Positions 8,015 to 16,514 are shown, counted from the stretch's first letter. The stretch: DNA of 42,446 bases from Sphingobacteriales bacterium (GCA_044448725.1 JBIOHE010000001.1:1-42446); one strand, 5' to 3'. A program made the numbers and translations. The notes: generated from the sequence alone by a model not told the origin.

Positions 8015-9004
8015 ATGAAGATACTGGTGATCCGCTTTAGCTCGATGGGCGATATTATATACACCACACCCGTGGTACGCTGCCTGAAAAAGCAATTACC
8101 CGGCGCCGAAGTCCATTTTTTAACCAAACCTGCTTTTAAATATATCTACGACAACAATCCTTATGTCGATAAATTGCTGTTGCTAAAGCCTGCCCTTTCT
8201 GAAACAATCAAGGAATTAAAAGCGGAGCACTATGATTATATCATCGACCTGCATAACAATTTACGTACTACGCTGATCAAATTAAATGTCCGCGCGAAAT
8301 CATCCACCTATAAAAAACAGCGCATACAAAAATGGCTTAGTTTAAAATTTAAGTTAAAACTGGTGCCGCCTGTCCATCTGGTTGACCGGTATATGGAAAC
8401 CGTCAGGTTTTTAGGTGTAAAAAACGATGAGCAACCGATCGACTACTATATTAAAACCGATCATCAGTTAAACAAGTTGTTACCGCCATCACATCAGGCC
8501 AGTTATATTGTTTTTATTATCGGCGCCACGCATTTTACCAAGCGGATGCCTAATGAAAAGATCATAAGTATTTGCAATGGCCTGAATCAGCCTGTGGTTT
8601 TACTTGGCGGTAACGATGTAAAAGCCAACGCAGAGGAAATTGCTTCAAAAACTACCAATGTTTATAATGCCTGCGGCATAACCACACTGGATGAATCGGT
8701 TTTCCTGGTATCAAAAGCAAAAAGTATAATCGGATTCGATACCGGCCTTACCCATATCGCCGAAGCTTTTGATAAACCCATTGCATCTATCTGGGGCGGT
8801 ACGGTGCCTGAATTATTGGGCGTGCAGCCTTATAAAGTAAAAGAAGTATTGGTAGCGGGTATTGATCTTCCCTGCCGGCCCTGTTCAAAATTCGGCCTGG
8901 AAAAATGCCCCCTGGGACATTTTAAATGCATGAACGATATGCCAAAAGGGCCCATTATTGATTTTACAAATAATACGGCTGATTTACCGGCAGATAAAAG
9001 TTAG
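8015..9004 (+). CDS. Glycosyltransferase family 9 (heptosyltransferase-like)
   Basis: ILVIRFSSMGDII..TP, DTGLTHIA and a C-terminal CRPC...CP.GH.KCM Cys cluster. Confidence 0.9.
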   Translation: MKILVIRFSSMGDIIYTTPVVRCLKKQLPGAEVHFLTKPAFKYIYDNNPYVDKLLLLKPALSETIKELKAEHYDYIIDLHNNLRTTLIKLNVRAKSSTYKKQRIQKWLSLKFKLKLVPPVHLVDRYMETVRFLGVKNDEQPIDYYIKTDHQLNKLLPPSHQASYIVFIIGATHFTKRMPNEKIISICNGLNQPVVLLGGNDVKANAEEIASKTTNVYNACGITTLDESVFLVSKAKSIIGFDTGLTHIAEAFDKPIASIWGGTVPELLGVQPYKVKEVLVAGIDLPCRPCSKFGLEKCPLGHFKCMNDMPKGPIIDFTNNTADLPADKS

Positions 9005-9115
9005 TTCTGCAAAACTAATGTGTGTTCGCCGGCGTTAAAACTATGGTAATTTTATGTTAATAACATTTTTAATTAAAAGACGGTTTATTACGCCTCTTTT
9101 TTTATTTTAGCTTCA

Positions 9116-9592
9116 ATGAAACAATTGCTACTGATCCGGCATGCCAAAGCAGAAAAAGAAACTGCTGTCAAAGATATTGACAGGCCTTTAAAATATATCG
9201 GCATTCAGGATGCAGCTTTTATGGCTGAAAAGTTAAAGGATAAAGGGCATATCCCGCAGATGATAGTAACCAGCCCGGCATTACGTACAAAAACCACCGC
9301 TGAAATCTTTGCAGACCACCTCGGGCTGCCTGATCCAGGTACAAATAAGAAAATATACGAAGCCAATCAGCAAACCTTGCTGCGTGTTATTAATCAATTG
9401 CCCGGGGAAAATGACTTTGTTGCATTGGTTGGACACAATCCCGGCATAGCACAGATACTTTATTATTTAACCGGCGAAGCCCGCGAGGTACATACCAGCA
9501 CCGTAGCACTCATTGAATTTGAAACCGATGACTGGGCCTCGGTTAGCAGAGATACCGGGAAATTGGTTTACTACAGCTGGCCTAATGGGTAG
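9116..9592 (+). CDS. sixA: SixA-like phosphohistidine phosphatase
   Basis: LIRHAKAE, DIDRPL, SPALRT..TA, VGHNPGI. Confidence 0.85.
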   Translation: MKQLLLIRHAKAEKETAVKDIDRPLKYIGIQDAAFMAEKLKDKGHIPQMIVTSPALRTKTTAEIFADHLGLPDPGTNKKIYEANQQTLLRVINQLPGENDFVALVGHNPGIAQILYYLTGEAREVHTSTVALIEFETDDWASVSRDTGKLVYYSWPNG

Positions 9593-9705
9593 GTGAAAGG
9601 TGAAAGGTGAAACGAAACCAATGAACCAATGAACCAATGAACCAATGAACCAATGAACTAATGAACTAATGAACTAATGAACTAATGAACTAATGAACTA
9701 ATGAA
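9592..9705. repeat. Compound tandem repeat: (GGTGAAA)x3, then (CCAATGAA)x5 and (CTAATGAA)x6
   Basis: Counted directly: heptamers at 9592-9612, octamers at 9618-9705. The last octamer contains the dprA stop codon. Confidence 0.95.
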
Positions 9706-10801
9706 CCAGCGAATAGGTTTTCCCCGGCAAGGAACGTATATACCCCTGCATTTCAAGGTTAAGGAGGTTCATCGCTAATTTACTTGTGGGCATATTGGTT
9801 TTAATGGTGAGGTCATCAATAGCCAATGGGATTTTGTGCTGCTGTAAAATTTCAAAAATCAGCCTTTCATCTGACGAAAGATCAAATGGCAATATAAATT
9901 GTTCGATGACCTGTTTAGAACTGCCTGGTTTTTCCCATCCCAAAATATAAGCCAGGTCGGCAGCGGAGGTAAGCAAAGCGGCTTTATTATTTCGGATCAG
10001 AAAATTGCAGCCTTCCGAATATTCATCCCCTATTCTGCCGGGAAAGGCAAAAACATCGCGGTTGTAGGAGTTTGCAATTTCGGCTGTGATAAGGGCGCCG
10101 CCTTTAATACTGGCTTCCACCACTATAGTAGCATCCGCAATCCCTGCCACTATACGGTTACGTTGCGGAAAGTTTTCCCTGTCGGGGACAGTGCCCGAAG
10201 GGTATTCGGACAATAAACCACCATTCTCCAGCATTTTTTCGGCGGTCGGGCGGTTCTGAGCAGGGTACATCCTGTCGAGCCCATGACCTAATACGCCCAA
10301 TGTAGGCACATTTAGTTTTACACATTCTTTGTGGGCGGCAACATCAATTCCCAAAGCGAGGCCGCTAACAATCAAAACATTGTAAGGCTGCAATTCTTCC
10401 AGTAATTGCCGGCACAAATGTTTGCCGTATTCCGTGGCATTGCGGGTACCCACAATGCTGATAATATGCTGCGAATTTAAATCAGCATTCCCTTTATTAT
10501 AGAGAAGAACCGGCGAATCGTTACAGTTTTTTAAACGTTTGGGATATTTGCTGTCAGTATAAAAAATAAGGTCGATATGATGTTTTTCAACAAACCTCAA
10601 CTCTTCTTCTGCCCTTTTCAGTGCGGTGCCCATATCCATTTGTTCAACGGTTTTTTCGCCAATGCCGGGTACCTTCATCCATTTGGCCTTTGGCGCCTTA
10701 AACACTTCTTCGGCATCGCCAAAATAGCTAACCATTGATTTGGCTAACATGGGACCAATATTTTTTATAAAAGTTAAAGCTACCTGGTGAAGTTGTGACA
10801 T
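9698..10801 (-). CDS. dprA: DNA-processing protein DprA
   Basis: IVGTRNAT.YG, VSGLALGID..AH, ENFPQRNRIVAG, VEA..KGGALITA, FAFPGRI, C-terminal winged helix. Start at MSQLHQ (10801). Confidence 0.96.
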   Translation of the reverse strand: MSQLHQVALTFIKNIGPMLAKSMVSYFGDAEEVFKAPKAKWMKVPGIGEKTVEQMDMGTALKRAEEELRFVEKHHIDLIFYTDSKYPKRLKNCNDSPVLLYNKGNADLNSQHIISIVGTRNATEYGKHLCRQLLEELQPYNVLIVSGLALGIDVAAHKECVKLNVPTLGVLGHGLDRMYPAQNRPTAEKMLENGGLLSEYPSGTVPDRENFPQRNRIVAGIADATIVVEASIKGGALITAEIANSYNRDVFAFPGRIGDEYSEGCNFLIRNNKAALLTSAADLAYILGWEKPGSSKQVIEQFILPFDLSSDERLIFEILQQHKIPLAIDDLTIKTNMPTSKLAMNLLNLEMQGYIRSLPGKTYSLVH

Positions 10802-10813
10802 AGTTTTGATGTG

Positions 10814-10878
10814 TCCCGCACGTGCGGGATGCAAATATGCAGATGTGCAGATAAATGTGCAAATGAAATGTGCGGATA
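10814..10878. repeat. 16-bp perfect palindrome plus ATGTGCA(G/A)AT-type short repeats upstream of dprA
   Basis: TCCCGCACGTGCGGGA, then ATGCAAATATGCAGATGTGCAGATAAATGTGCAAATGAAATGTGCGGAT. Confidence 0.6.
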
Positions 10879-10885
10879 TAAAAAA

Positions 10886-10949
10886 AACTATAAAAATAGT
10901 TTGCAAACTATAAAAATAGTTATACCTTTACTGAACTATAAAAATAGTT
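10886..10949 (+). promoter_or_regulatory. Three identical 16-bp dyad operators (AACTAT-AAAA-ATAGTT) overlapping the blaI-like promoter
   Basis: Copies at 10886-10901, 10906-10921 and 10934-10949. TTTG (10900-10903) and TACCTTTA (10923-10930) are 19 nt apart. Confidence 0.85.
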
Positions 10950-10953
10950 TGCT

Positions 10954-11331
10954 ATGCAGATAAAAGAATTGACAAAAGCCGAAGAGCAGGTAATGCAGAT
11001 ATTATGGACCCTGGACGAAGCCATAGTTAAAGACATTATCGGGAGGATGCCCGATCCCAAACCTGCCTACAATACTGTATCAACGGTGGTAAGGGTGTTA
11101 GAGGGCAAAGGGTTTATAGACCATAAAGCTTATGGTAACTCACATGTTTACTTCCCGGTGGTGCTGGAAAAGGAATACAAAAAATTCACGTTTGATAAAA
11201 TGATGAAAAACTATTTCAGCGACTCTTATCAAAGCCTTGTATCATTTATTGCCGATGAAAAAAAACTCGACATAAACGAACTGGATGAATTAACCCAATT
11301 AATTGATCAACTTAAAAACAAAAAATCATGA
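10954..11331 (+). CDS. BlaI/MecI/CopY family transcriptional repressor
   Basis: LTKAEEQVMQILW...PAYNTVSTVVRVLE.KGFI winged helix and YF..SY.SLVSF dimerisation region. Confidence 0.93.
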   Translation: MQIKELTKAEEQVMQILWTLDEAIVKDIIGRMPDPKPAYNTVSTVVRVLEGKGFIDHKAYGNSHVYFPVVLEKEYKKFTFDKMMKNYFSDSYQSLVSFIADEKKLDINELDELTQLIDQLKNKKS

Positions 11332-12953
11332 ACTGGCTACACTACCTGCTTGAGGCTAATTTATACCTGGCTATATTTTACGGCTGTTATTGTTTGTTTT
11401 TAATAAGGGAAACTCATTATACGCTTAACCGTTTTTACTTGCTGTTCAGCTGTGTTGCGTCATTACTGTTGCCGCTGATACAGGTCGGCATTTTGAAACC
11501 GGCTGAAAGAGCGGTCCAAAACACCGTAGTAATAGTCCCGACCACTATCCATTCCCAGGCCGTGCCTGCTAAAATCGTTGCAGAAACCGCCCATTTTAAT
11601 CTGGTGGATAGCTTGGTTTATATCTACCTGCTTGGGTTTGCAGTTTTACTCCTGATGCTTGCTTTTAAACTTTACCAACTTATAAAACTAACCCGAACAA
11701 ATTCAGCTGTTAACAAGGATGATTATAAACTCATCTATATCCCCGGATCAAACACTGCATTTTCATTTTTAAACTACCTTTTTATAGGCACAAAAGCGAG
11801 CGGAGTTGATACTATTATCAGGCATGAGCTGGTGCATATCCGTCAAAAGCATTCATTTGACATCCTCCTGTTAGAAGTATTTAAAGTGATCAACTGGTTT
11901 AACCCATTAGTTTATCTGCTGCAAAACAGCCTTAAAACAGTGCATGAATACATAGCCGATGAAAAAACAGCTACGGGCGAAACAGACGCCATCAGCTACT
12001 CTACCTTTTTGGTTAATAACGCCTATGGCATAGGCGGTTCATCTATCACGCATTCATTTTTCAATTATAACCTCTTAAAAAAAAGAATCATTATGCTGAA
12101 CCAAAAACGATCGGGGAAATTAGCCAGGCTAAAATACCTTCTTGCCCTGCCTGTTTGCGCCGGGCTGCTCTGCCTCTCTACACGCACATTCAGTAAAACC
12201 TATGCATTGATAGACCTGATGCCCGGAAAAACTGACACCCCTTTTATTGCTCCACCGCCACCCCCTAAACCGCCATCTATGAAACATCCGGTAATGTTTC
12301 GGACACCATCGCCATTAGGCTCAATAACAAAAAAAGGCTACAGATATGCAGAATCAGGTTACCTGGTTGATGGCAAAAGCTATTTCAGGGTGACTGTACA
12401 GGAATCAAAAAATGTGCAAAAGGAGTATTGGAAAAATAAAGTAAGCCCTGCCGAAGTAAAAATGCTGCGTGAAAAATATGGTTATACTTTCCCAACAATG
12501 GATATATTTCCAAAACTTCCACCGCCCCCGCCTCAAAATCCTAAAATAACTAACGTGGCACTTCCGCCGCCGCCGCCGATGGAACCGCATAAGCGTTTAA
12601 CCAACGCATTTACAGCACTGGATAAATACATTGCTAAATATACAAGGTACCCCGCAGTTGCCCGTGAAAACAAAGTAATGGGTAGTGTTATTGCACAATT
12701 TAATTTAAACACCGATCATAAAATAACAAATGTTACACTTATTAATGGAATTGGAAACCGCTGCGATGAAGAGGCAATAAGGGTATTGAATGAATTTAAC
12801 GACCCCATTGATACAAAGCCCGGTACCTATAAAGTGGCCGTAACTTTTATCATAGATGGCATGGAAGCGCCTAAACCTGCCAGCGAAGCGTTAAGAAACG
12901 ACCCTTTATTTATTGGCGAAGTTGTGATAGAATGTTATAGAAGTTTAAAATAA
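11328..12953 (+). CDS. M56 (BlaR1-like) membrane metallopeptidase with Pro-rich linker and TonB C-terminal domain
   Basis: HELVH zinc motif, WFNPLVY, HEYIADE, LKKRIIM, polyproline tracts, and RYPAVARENKVMGSV..F / GIG..CDEEAIRV (TonB_C). Overlaps the blaI-like gene by 4 nt (ATGA). Confidence 0.88.
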   Translation: MNWLHYLLEANLYLAIFYGCYCLFLIRETHYTLNRFYLLFSCVASLLLPLIQVGILKPAERAVQNTVVIVPTTIHSQAVPAKIVAETAHFNLVDSLVYIYLLGFAVLLLMLAFKLYQLIKLTRTNSAVNKDDYKLIYIPGSNTAFSFLNYLFIGTKASGVDTIIRHELVHIRQKHSFDILLLEVFKVINWFNPLVYLLQNSLKTVHEYIADEKTATGETDAISYSTFLVNNAYGIGGSSITHSFFNYNLLKKRIIMLNQKRSGKLARLKYLLALPVCAGLLCLSTRTFSKTYALIDLMPGKTDTPFIAPPPPPKPPSMKHPVMFRTPSPLGSITKKGYRYAESGYLVDGKSYFRVTVQESKNVQKEYWKNKVSPAEVKMLREKYGYTFPTMDIFPKLPPPPPQNPKITNVALPPPPPMEPHKRLTNAFTALDKYIAKYTRYPAVARENKVMGSVIAQFNLNTDHKITNVTLINGIGNRCDEEAIRVLNEFNDPIDTKPGTYKVAVTFIIDGMEAPKPASEALRNDPLFIGEVVIECYRSLK

Positions 12954-12965
12954 TTGGGTAAAATT

Positions 12966-13013
12966 ATCGGTGACAATCAGTGAAATCACCCTCTATAATC
13001 GGTGAAATCACCC
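12966..13013. repeat. AATCRGTGAAATCACCC direct repeat (2 copies plus a partial) overlapping the rsmG stop
   Basis: 12975-12991 and 12997-13013 differ at one base. The second copy contains the palindrome GGTGA-AA-TCACC. Confidence 0.6.
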
Positions 13014-13634
13014 CTTAACATAAATCACCTGCTTGGTTTCAAAAAACTCCTCCTCAAAGTAATCTTTGAGATGATATTGCTGAACGGTTAAACCCGATTC
13101 GGCAATTTCTTGTGTCAGGTCACCCCCTTTTAAATACAGTATCCCGTTAGGCAAAGTATTTTTAGACACCTTGTTAAACTTACCCTTCACCCATGGATAA
13201 AATTCCTTTAACCGGGTTACCGCCCTTGATACTACAAAATCAAACTTTTCATTGATCTCTTCGGCCCTGGCGTGACTGGCCTTTACATTTTTTAAACCTA
13301 AAGCCTTCGCTACTTCCTGTACAACTTTTATTTTTTTTCCGATGGAATCAACGAGGCAAAACTGAGTTTCGGGAAATAATATAGCCAATGGGATCCCGGG
13401 AAAACCGCCGCCGGTGCCTACGTCCAGCACTTTTTCACCGGGTAAAAAGGAAATTACTTTTGCTATACCGAGGGAATGCAGGATATGCCGCTCATAAATC
13501 TGCTCAATATCCTTACGGGATATCACATTGATCTGGCTGTTCCAGAAGTTATACAATTCGGGCAAGCGATTAAATTGCTCAAGCTGCTGCGCGGTAATGG
13601 ATGGAAAATATTTTACAAGCAGATCAGATGTCAT
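13008..13634 (-). CDS. rsmG: 16S rRNA m7G527 methyltransferase
   Basis: WNSQINVISR, HILHSL, LDVGTGGGFPGIPLAI, DSIGKKI, VSRAV, LKGGDL. Start at MTSDLL. Confidence 0.96.
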   Translation of the reverse strand: MTSDLLVKYFPSITAQQLEQFNRLPELYNFWNSQINVISRKDIEQIYERHILHSLGIAKVISFLPGEKVLDVGTGGGFPGIPLAILFPETQFCLVDSIGKKIKVVQEVAKALGLKNVKASHARAEEINEKFDFVVSRAVTRLKEFYPWVKGKFNKVSKNTLPNGILYLKGGDLTQEIAESGLTVQQYHLKDYFEEEFFETKQVIYVKG

Positions 13635-14229
13635 CCCTGTTAAAGCGGTTGATAATATTACCAAGCAGGTAGCGTGCCCTGAATAATTGCGCCTTAACCG
13701 TACCTAAGGGTAAATCAAGTTGCTGGGCTATCTCTTCGTAAGATAGTTCATCAAAATAGCGCAAAGTGATGAGGTTACGGTAACGCGGGGGCAAACTTTC
13801 AATCAGCAGTTTAAGCTCATGGGTCTGCTGTTTCTTAATGGATGTTTCTTCGGGGTTCAGCACATCTGCTTTTATTTGCAGCTGTCTTTCCTCCCCGTCC
13901 TCATCCATCATCCCGTGTATAGAAGTTGTGTTTAGCTTTTTTTTCCGGATAAAATCGATACAATTGTTTGTAGCCACCCTGAAAAGCCAGGTGCTGAATG
14001 CATATTCGGGCTGGTATTTCTCCAGTTTCTCAAATGCTTTGGCAAAGGTCTCAACGGTAAGGTCCATTGCGTCTTCTTTGTTATTCACCATTTTCAGCAC
14101 CATAAAATAAATGGAATCTTTGTACCTGTGCATCAGGTCGGCATAAGCTTTTTGATCTCCCTGGCGGGCCCTAACGACGAGGTGAAAATCGTTTTTGGCA
14201 TTTTCGGTAAAATTCGAGTTTATTTCCAT
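13624..14229 (-). CDS. ECF (sigma-70 family) RNA polymerase sigma factor
   Basis: Region 2 (DAMDLTVETFAKAF..FSTWLFRVATNNCIDFIRK) and region 4 (LSYEEIA..LDLPLGTVKAQLFRAR). Confidence 0.93.
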   Translation of the reverse strand: MEINSNFTENAKNDFHLVVRARQGDQKAYADLMHRYKDSIYFMVLKMVNNKEDAMDLTVETFAKAFEKLEKYQPEYAFSTWLFRVATNNCIDFIRKKKLNTTSIHGMMDEDGEERQLQIKADVLNPEETSIKKQQTHELKLLIESLPPRYRNLITLRYFDELSYEEIAQQLDLPLGTVKAQLFRARYLLGNIINRFNRDDI

Positions 14230-15338
14230 TTAGTAGTTTTTATAAAGGCGCCAATTAGTCCAAAAGTATTTAAATAAATATAATAAACCATATCAAATAT
14301 TGGCAAATACCACAGCAAATCCTTACCGTCAAGACGCCTGAACGGTTTACGATAGATGATTATTTGAAAAATCAATCTAAACATAAACAAACCTGCGGCT
14401 AACAAAGGTTCAAAGTTGAAAAATAGGCATAATGTTAATAAAAAGTAGAACAGGAAACCACTCAAAGCATCAATACTGAGCATTCGCCTGTGCCTGGCCT
14501 TGTATATACTGCCAACGCCAAAGTGGCGTTTTTTCTGGCGGTACCAACTGCTCAGCGAAGTTTTGGCATTGCTATAAGTAAAGGCATCGGGATGTATTTC
14601 TATCGCCGTATTTTCAGGCGTAGCATTTTGGTTTACAAACAAATCATCGTCGCCTGATAATACATGCATGTGCGCCGCAAACCCCTTTGAGCTAAAAAAT
14701 AAAGATTTCGTATAGGCCATATTACGACCGATCCCCATATAGGCATCTCCGTTTAATGCCGCCGAAAGATAATTAATGGCAGTTTTTATCGTTTCGAAGC
14801 GGATAAATGGGTTCAGATAGTTATTTGTCCGTTTGTATGGCGAGTAGCCCAAAACGATTTGTACCTGCCCTCTAAAATTTGCAGCCATCCGGGTGATCCA
14901 GTCATCAGATGCCGGTTTACAATCAGCGTCGGTAAATAAAAGGTGTTCGTATTTTGCAGCCTTTATGCCGAGGGTAACGGCAAATTTTTTGCCGGTTTTA
15001 AACCGGGGATGTTCCGTTATGGTAACAACTTTTAAATCAGGGTAGCTTTCCTTTAGTTCTTCTAAAACCGTTTCTGACGAATCGAAGGAACAATCGTTGA
15101 TCACCACTACTTCAAAAACAGGATAGTTCTGCTGCAAAATTGAAGGCAGATATTCTTTTAAGTTTTGTGCCTCGTTGCGGGCGCTGATGATTACCGATAT
15201 GGGAATGATGCATTGAGGCAGCTTATCTTCAGGCTGATAGCCCGAAATACTTTTTTGGTTGCTTACAAGAAAATATAATTGAATGATGAAACAAAACTGA
15301 AATAAAATGAATAGTGCCTCTTGTAAATACGTTTCCAA
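14220..15338 (-). CDS. Membrane glycosyltransferase family 2
   Basis: SVIISARNE, NDCS.D, FTDADC, SGDDDLF, QKKRH (QxxRW-like) and flanking TM helices. Confidence 0.88.
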   Translation of the reverse strand: METYLQEALFILFQFCFIIQLYFLVSNQKSISGYQPEDKLPQCIIPISVIISARNEAQNLKEYLPSILQQNYPVFEVVVINDCSFDSSETVLEELKESYPDLKVVTITEHPRFKTGKKFAVTLGIKAAKYEHLLFTDADCKPASDDWITRMAANFRGQVQIVLGYSPYKRTNNYLNPFIRFETIKTAINYLSAALNGDAYMGIGRNMAYTKSLFFSSKGFAAHMHVLSGDDDLFVNQNATPENTAIEIHPDAFTYSNAKTSLSSWYRQKKRHFGVGSIYKARHRRMLSIDALSGFLFYFLLTLCLFFNFEPLLAAGLFMFRLIFQIIIYRKPFRRLDGKDLLWYLPIFDMVYYIYLNTFGLIGAFIKTTKWK

Positions 15339-15370
15339 AACCTGGTATTAATAAAGCTGCAAATTTGTGG

Positions 15371-15445
15371 AATTTAGTTGAAATTGTTGTAATTAGTTGT
15401 AATTAGTTCTTTGGGTTGTAATTGGTTATAATGGGTATAATGGTT
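15371..15445. repeat. Degenerate 10-mer AATTAGTTGT tandem repeats
   Basis: AATTTAGTTG AAATTGTTGT AATTAGTTGT AATTAGTTCT...GGTTGTAATTGGTTATAATGGGTATAATGGTT. Confidence 0.55.
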
Positions 15446-15466
15446 CGTTCCAATTCCCGGATTACC

Positions 15467-15567
15467 GTAGGGGCTACCCTTGTGGTCGCCCCTATTGCTA
15501 TTGGCGCTTTCCTTGTCAAAATTTCTGCCGCTGCTTCATTTCGGGCGACCACAAGCGCCGCCCCTAC
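15467..15567. repeat. GTAG-family REP doublet (REPIN-like)
   Basis: GTAGGGGCTACCCTTGTGGTCGCCC ... GGGCGACCACAAGCGCCGCCCCTAC: two inverted REP units, each starting with GTAG and forming an imperfect hairpin. Confidence 0.85.
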
Positions 15568-15650
15568 CATGTTCAAATGATTGGCATCATAACAAACAGA
15601 CATAACTCAATATTGATATCTCGAAAAACCGGCAATATCTAAAACAAAAG

Positions 15651-15681
15651 TTTGCACTTTAACACAAATAATTTATATTTG
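15651..15681 (+). promoter_or_regulatory. Bacteroidota sigma-A promoter for DUF4290-murA
   Basis: TTTG (15651-15654) - 19 nt - TATATTTG (15674-15681), a perfect -33/-7 consensus. Confidence 0.75.
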
Positions 15682-15798
15682 CCCTACCTCAAAGTAAAAT
15701 TCAACTTTAGCCTCTGATTCCCTGTCTAAACGGGAAAAATGTCTGTGCTAATTTTAAACAGTCAATAATTTTATAACATTTTCATAGCCAATAAAACT

Positions 15799-16509
15799 AT
15801 GCCCGATAAATTTGATTATAATTCAACCAGGAACAAACTTATCCTGTCTGAATATGGCCGTAACGTACAAAATATGGTTAAATATATTGTAGAGCTGCCA
15901 ACAAAAGAAGAACGTAACCGTTATGCCCAGGTGGTGATAGACCTGATGGGATTTTTAAATCCCCACCTGCGCGATGTAGCCGATTTTAAGCATAAGTTAT
16001 GGGACCACCTGCATATTATCTCCGATTTTAAGATAGATGTGGATTCACCCTACCCCAAGCCTTCGCCGGATGCAATCCATCTTAAACCCGAGCCGTTAAA
16101 ATACCCGCATCAGCGTATTAAATATAAACATTACGGCAAAACAATCGAAATGATGATCGAAAAGGCCAAAAGCATTGATGAACCTGAACGAAAAAGGCAC
16201 ATGGTGCAGGCCGTAGCCAATTTTATGAAGATGGCGTATGTGCAATGGAACAAGGATTCGGTAACAGATGAAATGATATTATCTGACCTGTATGCCATGT
16301 CAGGCGGCCAGTTAAAGCTGGAAGAAAACATCAACCTTAACCGGGTGGAATACCGTCCGATTGCGCATACCAACAACAATCAAAACAACCGCGGGCGCAC
16401 CAATAATAACAATCAGAACAACCGCGGGCGTACCAATAACAACAACAACCCGCGTAATAACAACAATCAAAACCGCAACCGTAACCAGGGCGGGGCGAAA
16501 AAATATTGA
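15799..16509 (+). CDS. DUF4290 family protein with Asn/Arg-rich low-complexity tail
   Basis: YNSTR.KL.L.EYGRNVQNMV, PHLRDVADFKHKLWDHL..ISDF..DVDSPYP, in the usual position upstream of murA. Confidence 0.85.
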   Translation: MPDKFDYNSTRNKLILSEYGRNVQNMVKYIVELPTKEERNRYAQVVIDLMGFLNPHLRDVADFKHKLWDHLHIISDFKIDVDSPYPKPSPDAIHLKPEPLKYPHQRIKYKHYGKTIEMMIEKAKSIDEPERKRHMVQAVANFMKMAYVQWNKDSVTDEMILSDLYAMSGGQLKLEENINLNRVEYRPIAHTNNNQNNRGRTNNNNQNNRGRTNNNNNPRNNNNQNRNRNQGGAKKY

Positions 16510-16514
16510 AGCAA

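Noticed and set aside
9618-9705. Possible CRISPR array
   Set aside because: Units are 8 nt and contiguous with no unique spacers, and there are no cas genes in the window.
10802-10906. N-terminal extension of dprA
   Set aside because: It translates operator and repeat DNA; the plausible start is 10801.
10954-12953. Beta-lactam resistance (bla) locus
   Set aside because: There is no beta-lactamase nearby, and the M56 protein has a TonB_C domain rather than a penicillin-binding domain.
15403-15603. 66-aa ORF (…VGAALVVAR…GATTRVAPT…)
   Set aside because: It is the conceptual translation of the REP doublet.
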